A stretch of DNA of 64,000 bases from Octopus vulgaris (lineage: Eukaryota), in contig OX597815.1 in the NCBI GenBank assembly GCA_951406725.2, positions 57,908,001 through 57,972,000 of the forward strand, in the 5' to 3' direction. Below the pieces are notes generated by a model. It ran no database searches. It was not told the origin of the DNA and saw nothing but the letters and a program-made list of their open reading frames with translations. A program made the position numbers and the translations under genes. Positions 38,423 to 51,109 of this stretch are shown piece after piece (position 1 is the first letter of the stretch; every line of letters begins with the position of its first letter).

Positions 38423-38954
38423 ATTAACACTACTATTATTAATATTATTATTATTATTATTATTATTATTACTACTATTTTATTATTATTATCATAATTA
38501 TATTTCTTTTTAATGTTATTAAAATTATTATCATTTATTGAATTAAAATTAAAATTATCATCATTTATTGAAATAAATTCAAATTAAAATTAGTCTTATT
38601 TCTATTTTTATTTATATTTATATTTATGTTTTATTATTATTATTATCATCATCAATACTGTTATTATTATTATTATTATTATTACTACTACTATTACTAC
38701 TATTATTGTTATTATAATTATTATAATTGTTATTAATATTATTATTGTATCCTGCCTCTCGCAGGGCTTCATTATAATAAGGTGCATGTTTATTGAAAAT
38801 CTCTAAATCATAACAAAATAATGATATTCGTTTACTAGTATTATTTAGCAACGATTTTTTACTTGATGGTGGGTGATTACTATTAGCATTTATATATCTA
38901 AGGTTTTCATTAAATTTATATGGTTGGGTTTTACCTGTTGATATATATATATAT

Positions 38955-41941
38955 TCAATGGTCACGTTGGATGACATACTGGGGCTTCCATGGTGTACAT
39001 GGAGGCTATGGCTATGGTTCCCGCAATGAGGAGGGAACCAGGCTGCTGGAGTTCTGCGATGCAAATGATCTTATGGTTTGCAACACTAACTTCAGGAAAC
39101 CAACCAGCCACCTAGTCACCTACTGATCGGGCCAACATACCAGCCAAATTGACTACATACTTGCCACGAAAAGGGAAAGCTGGCTGCTTATAAATGCCAA
39201 AACCTTCCCAGGCGAAGACTGTACCCCGCGACATAGACTGGTAGTTAGTGAATTTAGGATCAGGACTAAGAGGACAACCAGAAGACGACCAACATGGAGA
39301 AGAAGGATCTGGAAGCTTAAAGATCCTGCGAATGGACAGAGATTTAGGGACATGTTACTTGAAGCCTTTGACAAAGTAGAAGGGGACAGAGTATCACATG
39401 GGATAGAAGGCAACTGGACGTTTCTAAGGGACAACCTGCTGAGAGCCACTGGCCAGATCTGTGGATGGTACAAAGTCCCCTCTCGTCCCAAGGTAACATG
39501 GTGGTAGAACAATGTTGTAGACAGGGCTATTAGAGAAAAGAGACAGGCTTGGAAGGACTGGAAGAATGCTGGTAGCAAGGAATTGTATCAGACTGCCAAA
39601 GGGAAGCTAGGAGACAGGTCTATCTAGCCAGAGGGGAAGCAGATAAGAAAATATTTGCCAATGTTCTGCGCCGTGAGGACCAAAGACTGGAGGTGTTTCG
39701 TGTTGCAAGACAGTGTGTGAGAGAGAATCGTGATGTGGTAGGAGAGAAATGCGTTCGCATGGAAGATGGTTCACTTGCGCTAAATGAGGATGCAAAGACA
39801 GAGGTTTGGAGACGCCACTATGAAAGGTTGCTGAATAAAGAAAATGAATGGGATAAAGAGAGTCTGCCGAATGTCGACCCAACAGAGGGACCAGCTATCC
39901 GAGTTGACAGTTCCTTGGTAGTTAAGGCAATTAGAAGCATGAAGACAAGGAAAGCCCCAGGCCCATCAGGAATCACTGCAGAGATGCTCAAAATATCTAG
40001 TAGTGTTGGCTATAGCCTAGTCACCCGTATAGTTAATCAGGTGATACACGAAGGAGTCATACCCAATGACTGGTGTAGCAGCATAATAGTCAACTGCTAC
40101 AAAGGTAAAGGTGACGCCCTAGATACAAATAATTACAGAGGTATCAAGCTGTTGGATCAGGTAATGAAGGTTACAGAGAGGGTCATAGCCCAACTAATTA
40201 GAGAGGGAGTTAGTTTAGATGAGATGCAGTTTGGGTTCGTGGTAAGGCAGCTGCAGGAGAAATACCTAGCCAAAGATAAGCCCCTGTACCTGGCTTTTGT
40301 TGACATGGAGAAAGCCGTCGACAGGGTCCCCCGATCCCTTATCTGGTGGTCAATGAGGAAACTAGGGATAGATGAATGGTTAGTGAGAGCTGTGCGAGCC
40401 ATGTACAGGGACGCTGCTAGTAAGTTGAGGGTTGGCAACGAGTACAGTGAAGAATTCCAGGTAGAGGTAGGGGTCCACTAAGGCTCAGTCCTCAGCCCCC
40501 TCGTATTTATCATAGTCCTCCAGGCAATAACGGAGGAATTCAAGACAGGATGCCCATGGGAGCTCATCTATGCTGATGACCTTGCTCTAATTGCTGAGTC
40601 ACTATCAGAACTGGAGGAGAAGTTTCAGGTGTGGAAGCAAGGATTAGAATCGAACGGCCTTAGAGTCAATCTAGCTAAAACCAAAGTCCTAATAAGTAGG
40701 AAGGTAGACAAATCACAAACGCCTTCAGGTAGATGGCCCTGCTCGATCTGTAGAAAAGGTGTAGGTAGAAACTCTATAAGATGCACCAAGTGTAAGCTAT
40801 GGACACATAAGAGGTGCAGCAATGTCAAAGGAAGGCTAACTAGGAAGATAGTTTTCGTATGTGGCAGATGCTCAGGAGCAATAAACACTGAAAATGCTCA
40901 GAGACCAACTTCTGCCACATTCCAGGGAGAAAAACTTGAAATAGTTGATAGCTTCCGTTACCTAGGTGACCAAGTCACCTAGGTAGCGGGGGCGGGTGTG
41001 CTGAAAGTGTAACTGCTAGAGTAAGAATAGCTTGGGCAAAGTTCAGAGAGCTCTTACCTCTGCTGATGACAAAAGGCCTCTCGCTCAGAGTAAAAGGCAG
41101 ACTGTATGACGCATGTGTACGAACAACCATGCTACATGTCAGTGAAACATGGGCCGTGACTGCTGAGGATATGCGTAAGCTTGCAAGAAATGAAGCCAGT
41201 ATGCTCCGATGGATGTGCAATGTCAGTGTTCAAACTCGACAGAGTGTAAGTACCTTGAGAGAAAAGCTGGACCTAAGAAGCATCAGTTGTGGTGTGCAAG
41301 AGAGACGTTTGCGATGGTATGGTCATGTGGCAAGAATGGATGAAGATAGATGTGTGAAAAAGTGCCACACCCTAGCGGTTGAGGGAACCTGTGAAAGAGG
41401 CAGACCCAGGAAAACCTGGGACGAGGTGGTGAAGCATGACCTTCGAACTTTAGGTCTCACTGAGGAAATGACTAGAGATCGAGACCTTTGGAAGTATGCT
41501 GTGTGTGAGAAGACCCAGCAGGACAAGTGAGATCATAACCCCTGTGGCCTCTACACGGGATGTAGCCAGTCCACTTATGCATACCTTTCCTTCTTGGGAC
41601 ACAAAACTCTCCTTGTGAAGACCTGTTGAGACATGTGAGAATCGAAATCGATCAACATCAATGGAAATTGCAGCTGTGATACTAGTGCCGGTGGCACGTA
41701 AGAAAACCATATGAACGTGGCCATTGCCAGCGCCGCCCCAACTGGCCTCGTGTCGGTGGCACGTAAAAAGCACCCACTACACTCGCAAAGTGGTTGGCAT
41801 TAGGAAGGGCATCCAGCCGTAAAAACATTGCCAGATCCTACTGGGCCCGGTGCAGCCTTCTGGCTTCCCAGACCCCAGTTGAACCGTCCAACCCATGCTA
41901 GCATGGAAAGCGGACGCTAAACAATGATGATGATGATGATT
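38955..41941 (+). mobile_element. Longest RTE family A copy (EN C-terminal part, RT, PHD insertion, 3' UTR, tail)
   Basis: RNEEGTRLLEFC, SQIDYIL, KAPGPSGI, NYRGIKLL, YADD, PHD, RRLRWYGHV; stops and small indels. Confidence 0.92.
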
Positions 41942-41942
41942 C

Positions 41943-41955
41943 CTATATATATATG

Positions 41956-42006
<51 letters not shown>

Positions 42007-42021
42007 ATGTATATATCTATC

Positions 42022-42099
<78 letters not shown>

Positions 42100-42106
42100 T
42101 AGATAT

Positions 42107-42182
<76 letters not shown>
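41943..42182. repeat. (TA)n/(CA)n microsatellite forming the centre of an inverted duplication
   Basis: Direct reading; (GT) run on the left, (AC) run on the right. Confidence 0.9.
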
Positions 42183-42183
<1 letters not shown>

Positions 42184-42390
42184 GGAATCATCATCATCAT
42201 CATTGTTTAGCGTCCGCTTTCCATGCTAGCATGGGTTGGACGGTTCAACTGGGGTCAACTTGGGACACAAAACTCTCCTTGTGAAGACCTGTTGAGACAA
42301 GTGAGAATCGAAATCGATCAACATCAATGGAAATTGCAGCTGTGATACTAGTGCCGGTGGCACGTAAGAAAACCATCCGAACGTGGCCAT
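42183..42390. repeat. Local rearranged duplicate of the adjacent RTE 3' end
   Basis: 42183-42257 inverts 41872-41945; 42258-42390 directly repeats ~41593-41724. Confidence 0.85.
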
Positions 42391-42407
42391 ATATATATAT
42401 ACATATA

Positions 42408-42429
<22 letters not shown>

Positions 42430-42448
<19 letters not shown>

Positions 42449-43137
42449 CTGAGAATGTGTGTCTGTCTGTCTGTGTGTTTCCCTAAAACTTGAGAACCAC
42501 ACAACCAATTTCATTCAAATTTTACACATGCCTTACTTAGGGTCCGGGGAGTGTCATTTAATTTTTTGCCTAGGGCGAGCCCACAGCAATATCATATCTT
42601 CTCCACTACGATTCCCTAAAACTCGAGAACTACACAACCAATTTCATTCAAATTTTACACATACCTTACTTAGGGTCCATGTAGTTTCATGGGCAAAAAA
42701 ATGTTCAACTTCTTGCCTAGGGTGAGCCCATAGCAATATCATATCTTCTCCACTATTTCAGTATTACGTGTTAAAAGTGAAACAAAAACGTTTCTCTATT
42801 TTATGTCAGATACTTTCACTTTAACAATAAAAATAATAATAACAATTGAATAATATGTAGTAAGTAATAATTAAAATCAAACTAAAGTATAATATAATCG
42901 TAACATAACAAAAGTAAAAATAGCTATTGGTATAAAATTGCATCAATGACTTGAACTTGAATAAGTGGTTTCACATGAATGGGAATAAATTAAAAATAAA
43001 ATTCGTGTGCAGAAATGGAATAGTCCAGATGGATAATAAAAAATTAAATTAAAGAAAAGACTATTGTCTATAAAGTATACAATGTAGAGAAAAAAGATTA
43101 GAACACATGGAGGAAAGCTATTTTTGCGTCTGTTAGT
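42430..43137 (+). mobile_element. Possible Helitron-like non-autonomous repeat with internal ~135-bp duplication
   Basis: TATATAAAGCTG..GTCTGTCTGTCTG start; TTCCCTAAAACT..CAATATCATATCTTCTCCACTA occurs twice; 3' end unclear. Confidence 0.35.
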
Positions 43138-43224
43138 AAGTTTATATATTTTGCTCTCATAGTATTATCTCTGTTTTTCTATATTGTCTGTATACCTGTT
43201 TGTTTATTGTTGTTTAACTGAAGA

Positions 43225-46200
43225 AGTCAGCCTTCACGCGAGGACTTCGCGTTGGTGTTCCCCCCTCCGTGGGGGAAAACTACAATTATTTTGGAATCTC
43301 CAAAGGCTTGTTAAAGCCATTTGTTTAAGATGGAATCCCCCATCTCCTATTCGCCCGTGACGAGCGAGGACGAATACCCGAAAAAATTCGCTGAAGTAGC
43401 TGGGAAAAAAATTAAAACAATAACCGTTGAAAATCTAGAAAAATTTGCAGACAGTGTAAAGAAAGAGGGCACGGAAGTGACTGTGGTCGCAGATGTACAG
43501 AAACATGAAGATATAGAGAGGAAAAGAATTATTTACAAAACGTACAACACAGCTACAAGAATGATTCAGAAAATCGAGGAGAAAAAAATAGAGTTATGTT
43601 TGAAACCAATAATGGACAAAATAACATATATAAACAGAGGTAAAAGATACGGCACAGTGGAAGTGCGTTTTACCTCTGAAGAGATAGCGAAAAAACTATC
43701 AATGGAGACTTTCAAAGCAGAAAACATCATTCTATTACCATTATATAGAGGAAAGCGGACATCAAAAATCACAATGAACAACATTCCCCCAGAGGCAGAG
43801 GCAGAATGTCTGGTGGCAGCAGTGATGGTAGGCCTGGAGGAAAAAATAAACATCCTCCAGGCCACAGTGGAAGAAGAAGAGTTCTGGAAAGGACAAAAGA
43901 TAATGATAGCCATTCAGGCGGAGACACAAACACTGGAAGAAATTCCAGAAACAGTAAAAATTAGCGAAGAGGAAAAAATAACTGTTTTCGTTGAGGGCAG
44001 GAGGCCGAGGTGCTTCGGCTGCGGCAAGAAGGGTCATGTAAGGGCGGAATGCCAACCCCAACCCAAACCGCAGGAAGCACCGAAGCCAAGAGAAAAAGAA
44101 GTGTCACCAGAAGCAACGTCGGACGGCCCAGAAGGGAAGATCGAAGGTGTGGAGGTGACGGTGACAGCAGAACCAGCGGCGGAGGAGAACAAGAGTGAGG
44201 AAAAGATAAATGAGGAGGGGTGGAAAAAAATTACCGAAAAAAAAAAAGAAAAACGGATACCACCCCTCCCAGAATAATTTTAAAAAAAGAAGAGAGAGAC
44301 AATGGACTCATATATGGCCGTAAAGGCAGCGAATAGCAGACTAGGAAACGTGTTGGCTGCTATGGCCAAGGTGGAGAAAGTGGAAAAGAAAAATGACTTT
44401 GTGATCTACAGAATAGGCCGGAAGGATTACGGGCGGATAAAATCTGAATTCTTCCACGACGTAGGCCCACTTAGATTGGAGGTGACATCTCCACATATAT
44501 TCGAGGGCCTACGTCAGACTCCCCCACGAGGCCCAGAAAAAGAGTTGGAAGAACGAGAGAAAACCGAACCACTGATATAAAGGTAAGTAATGGATTGCAT
44601 TTATGTTGGTTGTTTGAATGTGCGCGGCCTGGGAACAGGCTGGAAGCAAGGTCGCTTCCTGCATGATATCAGATCGCGTAATTTAGATGTTATTGTTGCT
44701 ACAGAAACCCGGTTAGAGGGGCCAAGAGGTCTGCTCCCGCTGTTTGACGGCTACGAGAGTTTTTTCTCTCCTGGCAGTCCTACTGGCGGAAGTGGGGTGT
44801 TGGTCCTAATAAAAAGAAACCGGGTTTCTGAGAAAAAGTTAATTTTTGCAGATCCAGAAGGTAGGCTGGTCGTCATGGATTTGACGTTCAGTAATGGTAA
44901 AGTTATCAGACTGGTTGCAATTTACGCACCCAACCATACAGGGCAAAGTGATTATTTTCGTGAACTAGAAAACTTTCTTGGTACTTCGCATTCATTAGTT
45001 GTGCTAGGAGACTTTAACACAATTTGCAAAGTGGATGTAGATTGTGTTGGCTCGCGTCCAGATAGAAAAGGTAACAGTGGTTTCATGGAACTGCTAAGCC
45101 GCTTTGAGCTAGCAGATCCTTATAGGCTGGAATTTCCGAACGCTCCATTGTGGACATGGTCAAACAGCGACGGATCTTCCAGGTCATATTTAGATAGAAT
45201 ACTAATTAGAAAAGTAGACAGTAAAATAGCTAAGTGTCCACAGTTTTACCCGATCAGCTACAGTGATCATAAAATGGTCACTTGTAAGCTTGACATAGAT
45301 AAGGTTAAAAATAGAGGATCCGGTTACTGGAAACTTAATACGTCCCTTTTGGCGATTAAGGAGTACAAAGACCGGATTAGGGATATAATTCAGAGGGCAC
45401 TATCTGGTACCATCATTAATAACAAATGGTGGTACGCCCTCAAACGAGCCATCAAGTTTGAGTCTATTAGATATAGCATAGGAGTAGTGGCTAGAGAGGC
45501 TAGAAGGGAAACTACTCTAGTTAAGGAATTAGAGGAAGCCATGAAAACTGGCTCTGCGGCTCAGGTGGCGTCCAAGAGACTGGTGTTAAACCAGCACCTC
45601 GAGGCCAAACATATGGGCTGCATTGTCAGGGCTAGAATCCGCCATATGGAATGTGAAGGAATCAACACCGTGAGATGGGCCTGAGTGGTGGAAGCACAGC
45701 ATGGTAACGATGCCACGATTCGATCTTTGACGAACCAACAAGGTGAGTTGATAAACGAACCCGAGGAGATGTGTGAGGCCTTTCAGGAGCACTTCGCTCA
45801 GCTTTTCGGTGAGTGCGGCGGACTGGATAGGAGGAGGGCCTTTACGGACCTACTCGACGGGCTGCCGCGCTTATCGGGGTGAGATGCAGAGGGCTGTGAA
45901 GGGCCAATCACGCCTGAGGAGGTGGTTGAGGCAATGGCGGACTGCGGCGCGGGCAAGGCGCCGGATTTGGATGGTCTACCCTATGAGTTATATAAGAGTA
46001 TGCCAGACTTGTTCGGGCACCTACTGGCGGAGGTCTATGTGAACTGGCAGCAGAACGGGCTTATACCCAGATCTGTGCGCCGGGGAGTAGTGACTCTCGT
46101 CAGAAAGGACCCGAGCAAGGGGGAGTGCATTGATAATTTCAGGCCCATCACTCTGCTAAACACAGAGTTGAAGATTTTGGCCAAAGTGTTATCGAAAAGA

Positions 46201-46870
46201 TTGGCGTGTGTCACGGATGGTCTGATCGGAGGGGCACAGACATGTGCCGTTCCGGGCAGATCCATTCAGGATAATCTCCATCTAATGCGGTACACTATAG
46301 AGGGGTTTAATAGTGATTCTGGCAAGGGTGGGGCACTGGTCCATTTAGACCAATCTAAAGCTTTTGATAGGGTTGACCATCGTTACCTGGTATCTGCCCT
46401 GGCACAGTTCGGGCTGAGCCTTGGCTTCCTCAGGTGGATTATCCAAATTTATGATAACATCGACTCGGTAGTTCGGGTGAACGGCTTCTTGTCGAAGCCG
46501 TTCAAAATCAAACGCTCGGTTCGTCAAGGATGTCCGCTCTCCCCGCTTTTGTACGTGATGTCTAGAGCCATTTCTGCGAAAACTGAGCGGCATCCCGAGA
46601 CAGCCAGGTAATGGAAAATCAGTGTCAGCGTACGCGGATGACATCACCATCATCGTAACCGAAATGGACCACCTATGTAAAGTAGGCAAGGCCATAGAGG
46701 TTTACGAGACGGTGACAGGAGCAAAAGTCGCGAAAAGTCAGTCGGCTTGCAACTCAGCACCTGGAGAGGCAAGTCGATGCCTCCTGACAGCGTCGTGGGA
46801 CGTTGGACGGAGGGTCCGATTAAATTGCTAGGGGTCTGGTTCGGTCCAGACCTCCAAATAGAGAAGAATT
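43225..46870 (+). mobile_element. Tx1/L1-clade LINE, 3'-truncated
   Basis: ORF1 with CCHC knuckle; ORF2 LNVRGL, ETRL, IYAPN, GDFN, YLDRI, SDH, GYWKLN, FRPITLLNT, LDQSKAFDRV, VRQGCPLSPLLY, YADD; in-frame stops. Confidence 0.9.
43321..44277 (+). CDS. Tx1-like ORF1 (Gag-like, zinc knuckle)
   Basis: CFGCGKKGHVRAEC (CX2CX4HX4C) directly upstream of the APE-RT ORF; likely ATG at 43330. Confidence 0.8.
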   Translation: MFKMESPISYSPVTSEDEYPKKFAEVAGKKIKTITVENLEKFADSVKKEGTEVTVVADVQKHEDIERKRIIYKTYNTATRMIQKIEEKKIELCLKPIMDKITYINRGKRYGTVEVRFTSEEIAKKLSMETFKAENIILLPLYRGKRTSKITMNNIPPEAEAECLVAAVMVGLEEKINILQATVEEEEFWKGQKIMIAIQAETQTLEEIPETVKISEEEKITVFVEGRRPRCFGCGKKGHVRAECQPQPKPQEAPKPREKEVSPEATSDGPEGKIEGVEVTVTAEPAAEENKSEEKINEEGWKKITEKKKEKRIPPLPE

Positions 46871-47093
46871 TAATGCTAGTATATATATATAGATAAAACT
46901 TACTTTGAAGAGGATGCGTGGCATTTCGGCAGTCCGTTTCCACGGTTCTGTTTTTATGATTTTGTTTCTCATTGTGTTCAACGTTTTTTTTGGTGTCCTG
47001 TACTATATATGCATGTATATATACATATAGATGTAGGTACATACATATATGTATGTATATATGCATGTTTTACTTATTATTTTGTTATATATA

Positions 47094-47164
<71 letters not shown>

Positions 47165-47184
47165 GTGTGTGTATATATATATGT

Positions 47185-50100
47185 AGGAAGACAGCAGTCA
47201 TCAACACCGAATTGAAAAGGCTGAACATCGACATAGCGGCGCTGCAAGAGACCAGGCTCGCCGCAGACGGCATGCTACGGGAGAAGGACTACACCTTCTA
47301 CTGGCAGGGGAGACCCGTTGAGGAGGCCCGCCAGCATGGCGTGGGGTTTGCTGTGAGGAACAGCTTGCTCCCCATGGTGATCCCTCCTTCAAATGGCTCA
47401 GAGCGCATCCTCACTCTTAACCTTGCAACATCAATGGGGAAGGCAAGCATAATTAGTGCTTATGCCCCAACACTCCACTCTCCTCAGGAAATAAAAGACC
47501 GGTTCTATGAGGAGCTCGACGCCACCATCAGCCAGATACCAGGGTCGGAGCCCATCTTCCTTCTGGGCGACTTCAATGCAAGGGTGGGATCCGATCATGG
47601 GGCATGGCCAGATTGCCTTGGACGCTTTGGCATGGGGAAGGTGAATGAGAATGGCCAGAGACTGTTGGAGCTTTGCTCTTACCGGAAACTCTGCGTTTCC
47701 AACACATTCTTCATGACTAAGCCGCATCACCAGGTCTCATGGAGGCACCCAAGGTCCGGACACTGGCACCAACTGGACATGGTCATCACCCGGCGAGCCC
47801 ACCTCGGCAGTGTGCTTCTCACATGCAGCTACCATGGTGCTGACTGTGATACAGACCATTCTTTGGTGTGCAGCAGGGTCCGATTGGCCCCAAAGAAAAT
47901 CAACCGTCCCGTAGGGAAAAGCCGACCACGCATCAACACCGCCAGGACAACCAACCCCGACCTCCGCTCGGAATTCACCAACCGCATGGAGGAGGCCCTT
48001 AAAGATCACGCAGCCACGTCCATCGAGGAGAGATGGCAGATTATTCGCGACACCACTTGCAGAATAGCCATGTCATCCCTAGGAAAGAGGGAGCGGAGAA
48101 ATCAAGACTGGTTTGAAGCTCACCTGCCTGAGATGGAGCCTGTCATTGCTGCCAAGAGGGAAGCACTGGTCAACTATAAGTGCGACCCATCAGAAAAGAA
48201 CCTGGCTACTCTGAGAACAGCCAGAAGCGACGCCCAGAGGACGGCCAGACGTTGCGCCAACATCTACTGGCAGAACTTATGCCAGAACATCCAGTGCTGT
48301 GCTGACAGTGGTAACGTGAAAGAGATGTACGAGGGGATGAAGAAAGCATTCGGGCCCACTGTCAGAAAGGTTGCTCCACTGAAGTCCAGAGATGGCGAGG
48401 TCATCAAGGACCAAGCGAAGCAGATGGAGAGGTGGGTCGAGCATTACCAGAACCTCTACTCCACTGAGAATGTGGTCACCAGGTCTGCCCTCGCCGGCAT
48501 TCCTGCTCTGCCTGTCATGGAGGAGCTTGACCTGCCTCCAACAAAGGAAGAACTGAGCAAAGCAATTGACTCACTTGCTCGGGGCAAGGCACCAGGGCAA
48601 GACGGCATCCCCACAGAAGTCATCCAGTGTGGGAAGCCAGCCCTTCTGGGCTATCTCCACGAGCTGCTCTGTCAGTGCTGGGAGGAGGGCTCTGTCCCTA
48701 AGGATATGCGTGACGCAAACATCATCACACTGTATAAAAACAAAGGGGACAGAAGCGACTGCAATAATTACAGGGGCATATCACTGCTCAGTACTGTCGA
48801 TAAGGCATTTGCCAGGGTGGTCCTGAAGAGGTTGCAAATACTTGCAGAGCGTGTGTACCCCGAGTCTCAGTCTGGCTTTAGGGCAGAGAGGTCTACAATT
48901 GACATGATCTTCTCACTCAGGCAGCTTCAAGAAAAGAGTCGAGAACAGAGACAGCCCCTATACGTGGCCTTCATCGACCTGGCTAAGGCGTTCGACTCAG
49001 TCAGCAGGGAGGGGCTGTTTGCGCTCCTGGGTAGGATAGGTTGCCCTCCCAGACTGCTGAAACTCATCACCTCCTTTCACGACGGTATGCAGTGCAGTTT
49101 GACGGATCGCCCTCGGCGTCATTCCCCATCCAGAGTGGAGTGAAACAGGGTTGCGTTCTGGCGCCGACGCTCTTCGGAATTTTCTTCTCCCTTGTCCTGT
49201 CCTATGCCTTCAGAACGTCCGACGACAGAGTGTTCCTCCACACCAGGGCTGATGGTGGATTGTTCAATCTTGCGCGCCTCAGAGCTAAGACCAAAGTCCG
49301 TCAGGTGCTGATCAGAGAGATCCTCTTTGCTGACGATGCCGCCCTAACATCACACAACCAACCGGGTCTCCAGAGGCTGGTCAGCTCCCTGGCGGATGCC
49401 TGCCAAGAGTTCGGCCTTACCATCAGCCTGAAAAAGACAGAGATCATGGGCCAGGACGTCGGAGGGGTCCCCAGCATCAGTGTCGGCGACCACAGCTTGC
49501 AGGTGGTGAACGAGTTCACTTACCTGGGATCGACGGTCTCCAGCAGCCTGTCCCTCGAGCCGGAGCTGAACAGACGGATTGGGAAGGCTGCTGCTGCCAT
49601 GGCTAAGCTCTCTAGGAGAGTGTGGGAAAACAACATGCTCACAATAACCACCAAGATCGCAGTGTACCGAGCCTGCGTGCTGAGCACCCTACTCTACGGC
49701 AGCGAGAGCTGGACAACATACACCCCGCAGGAATGCCGCCTCAGCGGCTTCCACATGCGGTGTCTTCGACGGATCCTTGGCATCTCCTGGAAGGACCGAG
49801 TACCAAACGGAGTCATACTGGAGCAGACTAATATGCCAAGCATGTATGCCCTCCTCGTGCGGAGACAACTGCGCTGGCTCGGACACGTCTGCCGCATGCA
49901 GGATGGTCGCATGCCTAAAGACATCCTGTACAGCGAACTCACCATGGGATCCCGACCCAAGGGATGTCCACAGCTACGATACAGGGACGTGTGCAAGTGC
50001 GACCTGAGGACTGCCAACATCTGTGTGGACACGTGGGAGGAAACAGCTGCTGACCGCTCTGCCTGGCGTCGGACGGTGAGGAAAGGCGTTTCCATGGCTG

Positions 50101-50311
50101 AGGAGAGGAGAGCACAGCTGTGGTTGGACAGGCGGGACAGGAGGAGGACAACTGCAGCAACACCCCACACGTACCCATCGATGTTCGTGTGCAGCAAGGA
50201 CTGCCACTCTAGAATTGGACTGTTCAGTCACAGCAGACGCTGCACATCATCAAAGTAGGCCCCACCCTTGGTGCAACCCATTGTCTATCAAGACAGATGG
50301 GAATAAAGAAA

Positions 50312-50312
<1 letters not shown>
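47185..50312 (+). mobile_element. RTE-BovB-like LINE, nearly complete ORF with one frameshift (~49095)
   Basis: IAALQETR, GVGF, AYAPT, GDFNA, TDH, NYRGISLL, QSGFR, GVKQGCVLAPTLF, FADD, FTYLGS, C-terminal HSRIGLFSH..C; 5' start lost in a microsatellite. Confidence 0.92.
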
Positions 50313-50367
<55 letters not shown>

Positions 50368-50379
50368 TCTTTTTTCTGT

Positions 50380-51090
50380 AGTTTTAGCTCAGAGCTGCGG
50401 CCATGCTGATGCACCGCCATTTTGCTACACTGTTATTACTGTGAGCCTCTACATGTTCTTTGTGCAGGTTCCTCAGGCTCTTTGGGAGAATATTAAAAAG
50501 CTGTGGGCCTCTGAAACCCAGGCTATGGTCACCCAACAGTATAAAATTAACATCGGTCCTTAAAGCAATCCAGTCAATCTTCACAAAGAAGATCGACTCT
50601 TTGCAACAGCTCAGCTAATGGGAAAGGTTGAAATAGCTAAGACTCTACTCCCTAGAGCAAAGGCAGGAGAGATATGCAGTAATACACATCTGGAAAATCC
50701 TGGAAGGAACTGGTAAAAATTTTGGTATTGAAAGCTACACCAATGTCAGAAGAGCTGGACAGTGCCAAATATCTCAGCAATGCCATCACACTTCAGGACC
50801 AGTTACAGCAACAGCGTGGGTTTTAGGGGACCACAGCTTTTTAATATTCTCCCAAAGAGCCTGAGGAACCTGCACAAAGTAGATGTAGGCATTTTTAAAT
50901 CACAGCTGAACCTCTTCCTGTTGAGAGTCGCAGACGAACCAACCTCACAGAAAAAGGTGCAAATGAGAGTAGATACATCAAACTCCATTCTACACCAAGT
51001 GCCACAAATTAGAGGAGGATCTCAGGAATAGCACTGCAGCAAAACAGTGGTGCTCCAGCATGGCCACAGCCCTGAGCTGAAACAGCAAAA
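50380..51090. mobile_element. CR1/L2-group 3' fragments in back-to-back orientation
   Basis: GFRGPQLFNILPKSLRNLH on both strands; tails at ~50385 (minus) and ~51060 (plus). Confidence 0.8.
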
Positions 51091-51109
51091 AATATATATG
51101 TAATATATA

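Larger units (their letters stand above)
31750..38940 (-). mobile_element. Old Penelope-like element hosting nested insertions
   Basis: SNHPP, YNEAL..AGY, KIWLIVPY, IYIGST..KLRVAQH, NSTGLSKYIWELK (37727-38920); AT-rich 3' region ending in a hammerhead (32838-32937) and the terminus TAGTGGTTTTTATCTCTAA; extent inferred. Confidence 0.65.

Noticed and set aside
46972-47184. N-terminal extension of the 723-aa ORF
   Set aside because: Read-through of TA/TG microsatellite and unrelated repeat; RTE homology starts near 47185
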